Positions 20,098 to 31,199 of a stretch of 64,000 nucleotides of DNA are shown piece by piece. The stretch's first letter is position 1, and each line of letters starts with the position of its first letter. This DNA comes from a virus (taxonomy: Duplodnaviria > Caudoviricetes), in IMG/VR virus record IMGVR_UViG_3300031949_001696; one strand, 5' to 3'. A program made the translations under genes and the position numbers. The notes under the pieces are model-generated. The model was not told where the DNA came from and searched no databases. It saw only the letters and a list, made by a program, of their open reading frames with translations.

Positions 20098-21273
20098 ATG
20101 GCCGTAGGATTCTTCCGACGAGCCGGCGCTGAAATCTTGCGAGTCCTCGCGAGCGCGGCCGATCCCGCGTCCGCGGCCGGCGAGGTCCAGGGCTACAGCA
20201 AGTCGGTCGCGACGATCGCGCAGCTGTTCGCGCGCGCCGGCGGCGGCGTGATCTCGCAGCTGACCCCGCTGGTCACCGTGTTCGACGACTCGGTCGCCGG
20301 GACCTACTCGAACATCCGCGGCAACCAACTCGCGACGCGGTCGCCCATCGATAATACCAAGGCGCGCATCGTCAACCTGTCGTCGAAGACGGGGACGGTG
20401 AACGCTGGCGCGACCGGCGCCACGGCGAATGGCGCCACCATCGGAGGTGGCGACGACAACTCAGCGACTGGGACGAATTCCTGTGTCCCGGGCGGTCAAG
20501 GAGGCACAGCCAGCGGCTTTGGCGCGCTGGCATGCGGATCGCTATGCTTGGCTTCAGGTACCGTGGCGATTGCCGGCGGCAATCAGTGCACGGCATCTGC
20601 TGACTATGCCGTCGCACTGGGCTCACAAAATCTGTCGAGCGCACCACAAGCCTGCACCATCGGCGCGGGATGTACTTCATCGGGCGCTGGAGCCTTCGCT
20701 CTTGGCCAAGCATGCTCGGCACAGGCTGACAACGCCTTTGCAATGGGACTTAGCTGCGTTTCGAGCGCCGTCAACGCGCATTCCCGCGGTCTGCTCGCGA
20801 AAGCGTCTCGTGTTCAGGACACGTTCGCCGCAGGTGCCTTTGATGATGTGACCGCAGGCCAAGCACAGACGACCCATCTCGTCTATCGAGGCACAACGCC
20901 CGGCGCTGCGGCCACCGAGTCGGTCGTGCTGCTCTCAAGTACGGGCGGCACGCAAATCGGACCGGTACTTGAAGACAGCAAGGCCTACGCGTTCGTGATT
21001 ACCTGCGTGATTGGAGGCACCCAGGCAGGCCCGACGCAGATCTCGCAGACGATCATCATCAAATTCACAGCGCAACGGATCGCCGGTACGTCGGTGATCA
21101 CCGGCTCTGGCGTAGGAGAGCAGTTCGGCAGCGTCGGAGGCGCGACCTGGACGTTGGCACCGACCGTCGGCGCGGGACCAGATCGCCTCATCCTGACCTT
21201 TACTACCGGCCTCGTCGCGACTGCTTGCAAAGTTGTCGCGCGCATCGAGATGACTGAAGTTGCCGCGTTCTAA
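20098..21273 (+). CDS. Fibre/adhesin-like protein with Hep-Hag (YadA head-like) 14-residue repeats
   Basis: Repeated A.G..A.A.G..C.AS pattern. Confidence 0.7.
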   Translation: MAVGFFRRAGAEILRVLASAADPASAAGEVQGYSKSVATIAQLFARAGGGVISQLTPLVTVFDDSVAGTYSNIRGNQLATRSPIDNTKARIVNLSSKTGTVNAGATGATANGATIGGGDDNSATGTNSCVPGGQGGTASGFGALACGSLCLASGTVAIAGGNQCTASADYAVALGSQNLSSAPQACTIGAGCTSSGAGAFALGQACSAQADNAFAMGLSCVSSAVNAHSRGLLAKASRVQDTFAAGAFDDVTAGQAQTTHLVYRGTTPGAAATESVVLLSSTGGTQIGPVLEDSKAYAFVITCVIGGTQAGPTQISQTIIIKFTAQRIAGTSVITGSGVGEQFGSVGGATWTLAPTVGAGPDRLILTFTTGLVATACKVVARIEMTEVAAF

Positions 21274-21282
21274 GGAGCCGAG

Positions 21283-23034
21283 ATGCCTCCCACCAGACAA
21301 ATGAAATTCGACCCGGCGTCCGGCGAGCTCGTCGCGGTGAACGCGGCTGGAGTCGCCTACGCGCTGACGCCGACTGGGGAGTCGCCTTCTACTTACGTCG
21401 CCACGACCTACATGTTCACAGGCTCAGAGGGGACCGACTTCTTCGTTGCCCTCAGCGCGGAGATGCTCAACGCGAACTACGCGCTCACGTGGGCTCCCAA
21501 GGGATGCCCGGGCGGCGTGCCGGTCATCGATCTGCCGAACGGTGCCGGCGACCGAACGATGAGCCAGTTTCGAGTACAGACCGACATCCAACAGGACGCT
21601 GGAGATCAAGTGGAGTTTGTCGCCTTCGCGCGGGCGCCAAGCATGGCGATGCGAGTGATGATCCTGAACGGTCAGTCAAACTCTGTAGGACTCTGTCAGG
21701 CGTCGGCGGTAACAAACTATCCGAGCGCGGATCTGACGTTGCCGTTTGCAGACGTGATCATGTTCGATCACGTGGCCTACAGCAACGGCGCGCCACCGGC
21801 GTACACCGATCAGGGGCCGCAGACTCTGCGACCGCGCACCAGCAATGCAGGCGGCTACCTCGCCGGGATGGGCGGCGTCGAGCTGGTGATGGCGCGTGAG
21901 TTGGTCGCGAACACTTCCAACGGGTGGCGTTTCGGTAAGAGTGCCGTCGACGGATCAACGATCGCGCAATGGAATGACCCGGCTCTTTTACGAGACCTGT
22001 TCATCACGTTCATCGCAGCGCAGATGACGGCGGCTGGCGTCACCGATTCGTCGCTTGTCACCGTTCAGTTCGATCAAGGTGAATCTAACGTCGGATCGGG
22101 CTACGCTACCTACCTCTTGGCACTCCAAGAGCTGTTCGCAGCCATTCGCGCCGCGTTCCCTGGCTGCGGAATCCTTATCAATCGCATCTCGAACCAGGTC
22201 GACACAACTGGCGACGTCCGAGCAGCGCAGGAGTCGCTCGTACGTTCGACCATTGGTGCGCTGATCGTCTACGCAGATGACTTGGCACTGCGTGACACCG
22301 CGCACTACACCGACGATTCCTATGTGACGCTTGGCGAGCGGCTCGCAGCTCGGCAAGCGTCCGCCATCGCGGGCACGCCGGCAACCAATCCTCAATACAC
22401 GGGTGCCGGGCCGATCGTCTCGGCCGATTCGGCGAGTTCGCTGACGCCGACAATGCCGCTGCATCAGGCCGGGGACTGGCTCTACGTCGTGCTGTTTGCC
22501 ATCGGCAACAACGACTACACGCTGACGACAGCCAACGGGTTCGTGGAGGCCGTAACGCCGATCCATGATGGCGGAAGCGCGCTCAATCCTCGCCTTCAGG
22601 TCTGGAAGCAGCAAGCTACGTCTGGCGCGACGTTATCTCCCGTCATTGCCGATGCTGCTAGTGACGACTTCAAGTTCGCGTTCATCATCGTGGTCCGGGG
22701 TGGCGACGCCACCGAGGCGATCGAAGATTCCGACGCTTCGACGCCGGCGACATCGACGGCGGTCTCGTTTCCGGCCGGTGCTTCTTCGGGCCCTGATCGC
22801 CTCGTGCTGAACGTCATGGCCTTCGCCAACGACGCGATCGGCCAACGGGTGACCGCGCTCGCGAATGGGGGCTTGAGCGACCTCACCCAGCACGTAAATT
22901 TTTCGACCACGGCATCTGTCGGATACAGTTGTTTTCTGTCTGCTGGCCGTGTCGGAACCGGGCCGACTGGAAACACGACGGCGCTGCTCACTGGAACCTC
23001 TCCGCAGGCGTTGTTGACGTTGGTGCTCAAGTAA
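21283..23034 (+). CDS. Sialate O-acetylesterase-like (SASA/SGNH) domain protein, probably virion-associated
   Basis: GQSN (block I), QGESN (block III) and DTAH (DxxH) motifs, flanked by beta-rich domains, in an operon with the fibre genes. Confidence 0.8.
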   Translation: MPPTRQMKFDPASGELVAVNAAGVAYALTPTGESPSTYVATTYMFTGSEGTDFFVALSAEMLNANYALTWAPKGCPGGVPVIDLPNGAGDRTMSQFRVQTDIQQDAGDQVEFVAFARAPSMAMRVMILNGQSNSVGLCQASAVTNYPSADLTLPFADVIMFDHVAYSNGAPPAYTDQGPQTLRPRTSNAGGYLAGMGGVELVMARELVANTSNGWRFGKSAVDGSTIAQWNDPALLRDLFITFIAAQMTAAGVTDSSLVTVQFDQGESNVGSGYATYLLALQELFAAIRAAFPGCGILINRISNQVDTTGDVRAAQESLVRSTIGALIVYADDLALRDTAHYTDDSYVTLGERLAARQASAIAGTPATNPQYTGAGPIVSADSASSLTPTMPLHQAGDWLYVVLFAIGNNDYTLTTANGFVEAVTPIHDGGSALNPRLQVWKQQATSGATLSPVIADAASDDFKFAFIIVVRGGDATEAIEDSDASTPATSTAVSFPAGASSGPDRLVLNVMAFANDAIGQRVTALANGGLSDLTQHVNFSTTASVGYSCFLSAGRVGTGPTGNTTALLTGTSPQALLTLVLK

Positions 23035-23235
23035 TTCGGCTGTCAAAATTCGACTCGGCGGCGGCGACGACGAGCCTACTTGTTTACGAACGGCACGTAG
23101 ACCACAAGGAGAGTGATCTCCATCATCAGCTCTCCAGTCCTGGAGGTAGTACGCGCTCCTCGCTCGCTTCCTGACTAGATATGGGCGCGAGTGCCGCCGA
23201 AATTGCAGAGTGCTGCGCTTATTTTTGCCTTCGGC

Positions 23236-26200
23236 TCAAGCGCGGGGCGCGAAGCCCGCTGCGAGTCCATGCACCTTGCAGACGAACAGCGCGCCCTCGG
23301 GGTTCTCGCCGACGTACGTGACCCTGAGTCGGAGATCGCAGTCCGGTGGCACCGTTTCGAACATGAAGGTAGCGGACTCCTCCACGAAGACGGCGCCCGG
23401 AACTCCAGACGTGTCCTCCTTCGACCGCTTGAACAACTTTTTGGGCTTCACCTGGGAACGGTTGGCGACGAGCACGTCGAGCACCAGCCAGTGGGTGGCG
23501 TTCTCGATCTCGAACCGTCTCGGTCCGAACGTCGTTTCCGCGCGCTCACAGATCTCCACAAACATGCCCTTGGTGATGCGGTCGTCGGACTTGAGCATCA
23601 TCGAGGACTCGTGCGTCGCGAACGCGCCGATGTTCTCGCGCGCGACGCCGGGCAAGAAGTCCGCGAGCGCGCCGATGCAGCGATCGCAGAGGTGAACGCC
23701 TTCGATCGAGTATCCGCGTCCTGAAATCCCCAGCTGTATCCATGCCGCGAACTCGTGGTGTCCCTTCGAGTCGGGCCCATCGTCGATGGGGGCTGCGCGC
23801 TTGCAGTGATCGCACGAGGTCAGATGTTTGGTTGACATGGCGACGTTCTATCACGCCGTGTCACAGCTAGACGATCGTGCCGATCTGCCCGAGATCTCGT
23901 CGGGGTTGTGTGGGTGCAGCGTGGTGCGGTAGTTGTGGGGTCAGGAAGTCATGGATCAGCTGTATGTGCACTCCTCCGCGGCATTCTCGCTCATTTGCGG
24001 CGACCCGAGACCAGGACCACGCTGCCGCACTGAAGGCACACGCGCTGGTGCTTCCGTAAGCCGCCGTGCGTGCCGAGGCGATGCGCGGGATGCGGGCAGG
24101 GCGGGGATGGTGCGTCGACGTCGACGTCGACGTCGGCCTCGGCAGTGGTGTTGACGTCAGGTTTCTTCGCCACGAACATGCCCTCCTAGTTGCCCCACAT
24201 CGCCACCTTCGGGAGAACCTTGCCGCGGTTCGCGACTACGTACTCCTTCGCAGCGCGCATCGCGTCCTTCGCGGAGTGCGTGGGCCGGTGGCTGATGGGG
24301 ACTACTCCCTCCGACGTCACGAGGCGCGCGTACCATGCCTTGCCCCCAGGGAACGACGCGCGGAACACGTGGATCTCGGCGGGTGCCCCGGTGTCGGTCA
24401 AGATCGGCCACGTCTGTAGCAGTCGTTCTTTCATCAGCTAGGCGACGAGCCAGGGCCGCGGTCCTGACAGCTTTCTTTGCGGGATCTCGACGAACGTCCA
24501 GGCGCCGCAGCAGTCGAACAGCGCGGCGGTCATTCCCACCGGCCGATCGTGGGGATCCACTGGACGCGCGTGTCCATCTGCCAGTCTTCCGCCCAGATGT
24601 CACCCGCGGAGCCGACAAACAGCTCCCAGAACATCGTCTGCGCCTCCGTGAAGGTCATGAACGCCTCGTAGGCCCGGGCATCCCGCGTCCGCAACTCGTC
24701 GAGAGTCAATCGCTGCCGCTCGACGCGATGGTGCTGGCGCTTCACGACAGCTCCCCCTGCGGGATCTCGACGAACGCCCACACGCCGCCGCAGTCGAACA
24801 GCCAGAGGTCACCGTCGGGCGTGGCCTGGAGCTTGGCGGTCATCACGTAGGCGTCGGCGATGCCCGCCTTGCCATGCACGCGGACCTGGCGGTCGTCGAG
24901 CACCGTGTAGTGCTTCTCGTCGCCCAATTCGAGGAGAATGTCCAGGACGCGCCGGAACTCGGCGAGCGGCAGGTGCGGGCACGCAAAGCCGTTCCAGCGC
25001 CGGTCGTCGGTGTAGCCGGAGAACGTCCGGCCGGAGTCGTCGTCCCTGAAGCGTACGACGATGGATCGAAACAGGAGGACTTCAGACAGTGCCATCGCTA
25101 TCCTTCCTTCCGCAGCTCGCCGCGAGCGAGCCGCTTCTCTATGGCGACGATCCATCCCTCGTCGGCGAAGTTGTACGAGAGATGGCCGTCGCGCGCATCG
25201 ACGAACTCGACGCGGCCATCGGCGTAGAGCGTGAACGACTTCCACGCGTGATGCTCACCAGTGACGACGTAGGTGCCGGGCGCGATCACGACGTTTCCGC
25301 CAGTCGTGATCGCACCTCACACTGTCGACAGACGCCGGTGCGCGTCATCGGATGCTCGGTCCTTTTCCGTCCAAGAGATCCCACGCGGGCGATCCGTGCT
25401 CGGCACACCACCGACCGAGAGCGTCGAGATACGGCTGCATTCCCATCGACTGCTCGTAGTGGCGCACGAGGACCGTCTGCACTCCGCTCGGCGCGATGTC
25501 GACGAGCGGCATCTCGTGCTGCGCCGGCCGGCAGTTCGGGCCAAGGAAGAAGTCGACGTAGCCCGGATCGAGGCAGCGGCCCTCGATCTGCTCGAAGCGG
25601 CGGACGACGTCGCCGGCCTCGGAAAGGAGCGCGAGCTGGAGCCGCTCACCGCGGGGGTTACCGCTCGGGCCGAGCGAGAGCACCCACAGCCCGAGGTGCC
25701 CGTAGCGCGGAGACGGTCGGCCGGTGGAGGGAAGTTTTCGCGTCATTGGTTAACGCTCCTCTTGGGCATGCTCGTCTCTCGCGGCGATCGTCAGTCCCTG
25801 ATCGTCGAGGAGGCGCTCGACGAACCTCAGACTCAGCGCCGGTTCGAACACGCGGATTTCGTACATGCCGTCCTTGGTCTGAATCGGAAGGCCGTCGGGG
25901 GCGACGAATGCGGCGGTGAACCGCATGAGGAGCGGTTCGACGCGCTGTAGCTGCTCGGGCGTGCGCTCGGTCTTGATGTAGAGCTGCACCCACGCGATTT
26001 CTGTCGGCATCACTGGTCTTCTTTCGGGTATTCGATATTGGCGTGTCTGAGGAGCCAGTTGAGCAGCGCGCCGGCCTGGCCCGGTCGCAGCTCGAAGATC
26101 AGGCGCTCGGCGCCGCGTTCGTCGATCGGCACGGAGAACTGAAGCTCGCCGGTCATCGAGACGCGCACGACCAAGAGCGGCGCGTGCAGCTCTCCATCGG

Positions 26201-27807
26201 CACGCACCGGAAACGTACACGCGGAAAGCTCGGCGGCATTCATGCTACGGACCTGGTCACTTGGGACTCGATGCCCACTCGATCATGGTCCGTGCTGCGT
26301 GATCGATCGCTTCGCGCAGCGTGTCGGGATCGTGGGGCTGCGCGATCTCTTCGCTGCGAATCGGATCGACCCACTCCTCGGTGTCGTACTCGCCGAGGTA
26401 GAGCGGACCGTCCATCGCGGTCGCGACGATCTCGCGGTTCGCGGGCGTGACGGTCGTGGTCATGATGAGCGCGGCGCACATGCCACCGGTCTGCGCTAGG
26501 TGGCAGCCGTGCGGACCTTCCCAGGCCAGTTCGGAGATCCGGTAGTGGAGGCGCTGGAGGATCGCGACGTCTGCACGGATCCAGCAGGGCTCGCGGCAGG
26601 TGTCGCACATGGCGAGTAGGTCGCCCTTGGGACAGTCGACCAGCGCTTCGACGTCGAGCGTGCGGAGCTTCGTGAGCCGCTTCTCGTAGTGCGCTCCCTG
26701 CCCCGGAGACTCTTCGAGCTTCTTCTTGTCACAGCCGAGACAGACGATCGCCGCCCACGGCGTGAAACACCCTTGCTTGACGTTCAAGCTGTTCATGGCT
26801 CTCCTCGCGTTTCCAAGATCTCGATCTCGATGCCGGCCCCGATCCCCTGGTAGTAGCGGCGCTCTTTCTCGGCGAGCTTCTCGGCGAGCTGGAGAGAGCC
26901 ACAGAAGCCTGCGAGACACCACTTGCCGTGATGGTGTTTGCATTCGTAGCCATGGTTCGCCTCGTGCGCGGCGGTGAACGTCGGACGGAAGGCCACCACG
27001 TGCGAGTAGACGCGCGCGGTCCCGCGCTTGATGATGCGACCGTCGGGCAGCGTGGCGTAGTAGGTGGTCTTCTTGGTCGACATGGTCGTCACGGCTCCAG
27101 CGTGATGGCGAGAGCGTGCCCGGCGTCGGTCAGCTCGCACGTCCAGCGCTCGCCATCGGATCGACGGCCCAGCTCTCCGTTGTCTTCGAGCTTCACGAGC
27201 CCGGCGGCTTCGAGCGATCGCGCCACCCGGACGTCGGAGCCGGTGACGTAGAAGCCGCGGCCGAGCACGTACTTGAGGAGGGCGCGCCGGGCCGGCGTGA
27301 GGAACTTCGCGAGTTCGGCCGCTGGTGTGGTCTCGGTGATCTTGGCGGACGTCTTCATGGAACCTCCGCCGTCGTCGTCGTTACCGTCGCGGGCGCCACC
27401 TTCGCGACGACCTGCCCCTTCCCTTCGACCAGAGACTGTTTCGCCCGCGCGGCGCGGATCGCTTTCTTGGCCGCGCGCAGCGTAGAAAATGCCTTGTCGG
27501 CCTTGTCCGAGAACAAGCCGCCGATGTGCGCGACGTCGTCAGCGCCCTCGGTGATCACGATGCCGCGGTGCTGCCGTCCCGGACGAGGATCTTGCACGAA
27601 CGCGACGTACGAGTCTGGCCGGCTCGTGCCCTCACCGCCGCGTCCGCTATAGAAGCGCGTGCGGTCGTACGCGATCTTGACCCACGCGACCGCGGCGTCG
27701 GTGTTGAGATCGCCGTCGGCGTTCCGCTCCTGATCGACGGGGATCAGGTACAGGTCCTCGTGGGGATCGTAGCCCTCGCGGAACCACTTGAGCTTCGGCT
27801 TCGTCAT
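23236..27807 (-). CDS. Minus-strand run of small hypothetical phage-like ORFs (e.g. 23236-23838, 23991-24179, 24186-24434, 24742-25094, 25345-25746, 26010-26243, 26257-26797, 27089-27358, 27355-27807)
   Basis: Tightly coupled starts and stops; no family recognised. Confidence 0.55.
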
Positions 27808-28358
27808 GCCAGTAGGTAGAGCAGGGAGCGTGCCCGAGCGCGGCCGAGCTAACTCCAGCAGTCGCCAGCTGGGTAGCGGCATACCCGTCTTCCGGTCGTC
27901 ACGATCGTCACGAGCAGCGTGGTCCTCAAGATACTGGGTCTCGGGTACCCGGGCAGTGGCGACCGCAGCGACGACGCGAGCTTGCTCGAACATCCGCCGC
28001 GGTAGGTAGGTCGCCGATCCGACGTGCCAGGTCGTGGAACGCCGACTGCAACCTCGTCGGAGCATGCATGACGACAAGCAATATGTCCTGGTCATCAAGA
28101 ACAAGGGGATCGCCTTCGGTCCGCTGCTAACACGCGACGCTGCGGAGTACGCCGCGCAGGACTACTACGGCACGGCGATCACGGGTGCGAGCGTGAAGGA
28201 CGAGTTCCTGATCGTCGAGCTGCGGCCTGTCGATCCTGTCGCGCTATCGCGCGAGCACGTCGCACACGTGGCGGCCCTGTTGGTCCGCGATGACGAATGA
28301 CTGGTTCGTTCGCGGCTCGCAAGAGATCACCCGCGCAAGGTAAGCTCGACAAAGGACA

Positions 28359-29063
28359 ATGCCGAAGAAGACCGCCGCCCGACTAGATCGCGAGATTGCG
28401 GAAGCGCTCAAGCCTCGCCCACGCAGACACCACGCGACGATGAGTGACTCGTGGAACGTCGCGATGGACGCTCTCTTCGAGCGCGATCCCAAGAGGGCCG
28501 CCGACATCGTGCGGCAGATCCGCGAAGAGCATGGAGCCGCGGTGAAGACGCCCGAGACGTTCAAGGATGCGATGCGCGACGTTCCAGACGCCGTGCGGCA
28601 GCAGTTCAGTTCCGAGCTGCTACGTCCACGCACCGCACGCAACATTGACGTGGGGTCTCACGTCGAAATTCCAACGCATCGCTCGCATGGCGAGGTCATC
28701 AAGATCTATCAAGACAAGGCGTTGGTGCGAATGGCTTCGGGCCTCACGGATCGGTTCAAGCTGGCCGACCTCAAGCTTGCCGGTGTTCGAGGATCACGTT
28801 CAGCGCGACACCATTCAACGAAAGGCTCGGAGCAGATCCACGCGCTTTCGGCCGATCAGCTCGAAGCGCTGCGCGCGTTCGCTGAGGAAAACGGTCGCTC
28901 CTGGAAGTCCAAGCTCAACACCGCGTGGTCGACCGGCCGTTACGACGACTATAGCGGCACCGACGACTACGGCAGCTTGCAGCAGGTCCGCAACAGGTTC
29001 GGACCGGCATGGCTCTCCAGATTCTCATTCGACCGCATCAAGACACACAGCGTGCAGGGCTAA
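28359..29063 (+). CDS. Multi-module protein with N-terminal KKTAARLDREIAEAL tag and a KOW/SH3-like module
   Basis: Shared tag. RHHAT and RHHST linkers. IDVGSHVEI...GEVIKI..ALVR beta barrel. Confidence 0.75.
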   Translation: MPKKTAARLDREIAEALKPRPRRHHATMSDSWNVAMDALFERDPKRAADIVRQIREEHGAAVKTPETFKDAMRDVPDAVRQQFSSELLRPRTARNIDVGSHVEIPTHRSHGEVIKIYQDKALVRMASGLTDRFKLADLKLAGVRGSRSARHHSTKGSEQIHALSADQLEALRAFAEENGRSWKSKLNTAWSTGRYDDYSGTDDYGSLQQVRNRFGPAWLSRFSFDRIKTHSVQG

Positions 29064-29365
29064 TCGAGAAGACACCTGGCGAGTGACGCATCGCGCTGAT
29101 TATTCGTGCGCTCCGCGCTCGACCGGCTCAAGCGCAGAAAGCTCGTCGTGACCACGCGAGGCATCGATGATCGTGGGCACGAGACGACGTTGTGGGAGCC
29201 CGCGACCTAGCTGGCGGAAGAGGAAGCGGCTCGCACTCCGTGTTAACGTCGAAGCATCCAGTGACAATAAAGAAGATCCACGTGGTCGCCGCAGGGGGCC
29301 TCTTCGGCGTCGGCCTACTCATATGGCGTGCCGCCCGACAAGCCGATCAAGAGAGGAACACTCCG

Positions 29366-29611
29366 ATGGCGAAGAAGACGCGCGCGCAGCTCGATCGCGA
29401 AATCGCCGCGCACCTGCGCCGGTACGGACTACCGAATGGTCGCGCCAAGGGCCGCCACCCCAGCGAGTTCGACCCGGTCCAGCTTCGTCGCGGAATCCAG
29501 GTCGAGCTGGAGCACACGAGGGACCCCGAGATTGCCGCGCGGATCGCGATGGATCACCTGGTCGAAGATCCGCTCTACTACGTGAAGCTCGCGACGATTC
29601 ACGTCGACTGA
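29366..29611 (+). CDS. DUF5661-like protein with N-terminal KKTRAQLDREIA tag
   Basis: FDPVQLRRGIQVELEHT.D..IAARIAMDHL.EDPLYYVKL. GAGAGG RBS upstream. Confidence 0.75.
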   Translation: MAKKTRAQLDREIAAHLRRYGLPNGRAKGRHPSEFDPVQLRRGIQVELEHTRDPEIAARIAMDHLVEDPLYYVKLATIHVD

Positions 29612-29637
29612 ACTGAAGAACTTAAAGGGTGAGCTAG

Positions 29638-30339
29638 ATGATGCCATCAATACTACGCTGGAAGAAGGTTGCGGCCGGCGTCTACCACGCGACCTCTCCG
29701 TGGGGCCTCTACACCATCGACGGTACAGGCAGCTACGGGCGGAATCGCTGGACGGTGACCTATCCAGACGGCGACTACGGGATGGCCGACGCACTCGCAG
29801 AAGCCATGCTGTGGGCCGAGTCGGATGCAGAGGAGCGCACTCGGCAACGCGGCTCCGCAGCGCACGCCACGAAGAAGATGCCTGTTGTCGGCCGCAGGTC
29901 CGCGCGCCGCCACGCGGTGATCACCGACGTCGCCGATGACGACAAAGAGCGGGTGATCGCGCTGCTCGGCCAGCGAGACGCGAGCGCGCGTCAAGTGGCG
30001 CGCGACCTACTGCTCCAGCGGGGCATGATCCAGACGGGGCGGGTCAAGCAGCTGATCCCGATCGGCGATTCGTTTTCTGGTTGGATCTTCATGGCCGAGA
30101 TCACGGGACTGGGCCGCTTGGCGGGACCTTCCGGCCATCGATTCTGGGTGGTAGCGCCGTCCTTCAAGGTCGGAGACGTCGTCGACTTCACGACCACGCG
30201 AGAGCCTCCGCCTACGGGCAAGGGTACGAAGCCCAAGCCCCCGACGCAGCAGCTTCATCCAGTCGGGATCTTGACCACGAGCGCGGTCTTTCCCGAGTCA
30301 GTGATTCGGCGTTGGGTCGAGAAGTGGTGGATCGAATGA
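29638..30339 (+). CDS. Hypothetical two-module protein (AHATKK linker)
   Basis: ORF with plausible composition. Confidence 0.6.
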   Translation: MMPSILRWKKVAAGVYHATSPWGLYTIDGTGSYGRNRWTVTYPDGDYGMADALAEAMLWAESDAEERTRQRGSAAHATKKMPVVGRRSARRHAVITDVADDDKERVIALLGQRDASARQVARDLLLQRGMIQTGRVKQLIPIGDSFSGWIFMAEITGLGRLAGPSGHRFWVVAPSFKVGDVVDFTTTREPPPTGKGTKPKPPTQQLHPVGILTTSAVFPESVIRRWVEKWWIE

Positions 30340-30821
30340 AGAAGTCATGCTGACGGTATCGAAGGAAGGTCGTCGCGTTGCCGCGATGGTGCTGAACAGC
30401 GCCGTGAAACGGTGTGCGTGGCACAACTCCCCGGGAATCGAGAATCGGATCGTGCAACCCGCGGCCCGCGGCCCAACCAGAACGCGGACGGTCGATCAGG
30501 CGCGCAAGTTGGCTTCAGGCAGCGACGTCGCTTAGAGGTGATAGAGTTTGATCCTTTGGGGCCGGCTACGGGGTGGGCAGCGGTGGCCTCGGCGGACGCG
30601 AGCTGACGGGACGAGAGGTCGTTGTCTACGGCGGCTTGTTGCTGGCCGTTGTCTACTTCGGCCTCAAGGCACTCCCCGACAAACCACCGCAAAGGCCAAC
30701 ACCGCAGCCTTCCCGGCCGACACCGGAACAAAAACCCGTCTCGGTAACATCGGGCCGTGGCATCTATCGATAGCGTGCGTGTCAGATCCAGCCTCGTTCG
30801 GCGTCATGGAGCTAGAGATCC

Positions 30822-31190
30822 ATGTCCATTACCATCAAGCTGCGCGTCACGGTCATCGATGCCACGAACTACCTGTTCGAACTCGTCGATCACGGCGATC
30901 CAAGTTTCACTGCGATCTGCACTGCCTTCTTCGAGGGGCTACAGACCCACGGCGAGGTAAAGCGATGTCCCGAAACAATCGGCGCGATCAGAACGGCGTT
31001 CGTGAGGACCGATCTGTCTAACCATGAATTTCTGGCGAAGGCCGACGAGCTTTTTCGTGACAATGCACGCGCATTCGATCGCGGGCATCACCACATCAAG
31101 AGCTGGGGCGGCGAGAGGCTATTCAAGGAACCATCATCAGGTCCCGCGGAGCTGCTGCCGTCTGCCCGTCACCTTTTGAAGTTGTGGTGA
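30822..31190 (+). CDS. Hypothetical protein
   Basis: ORF convergent with the sigma factor gene. Confidence 0.55.
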   Translation: MSITIKLRVTVIDATNYLFELVDHGDPSFTAICTAFFEGLQTHGEVKRCPETIGAIRTAFVRTDLSNHEFLAKADELFRDNARAFDRGHHHIKSWGGERLFKEPSSGPAELLPSARHLLKLW

Positions 31191-31199
31191 CGTGCGCAG

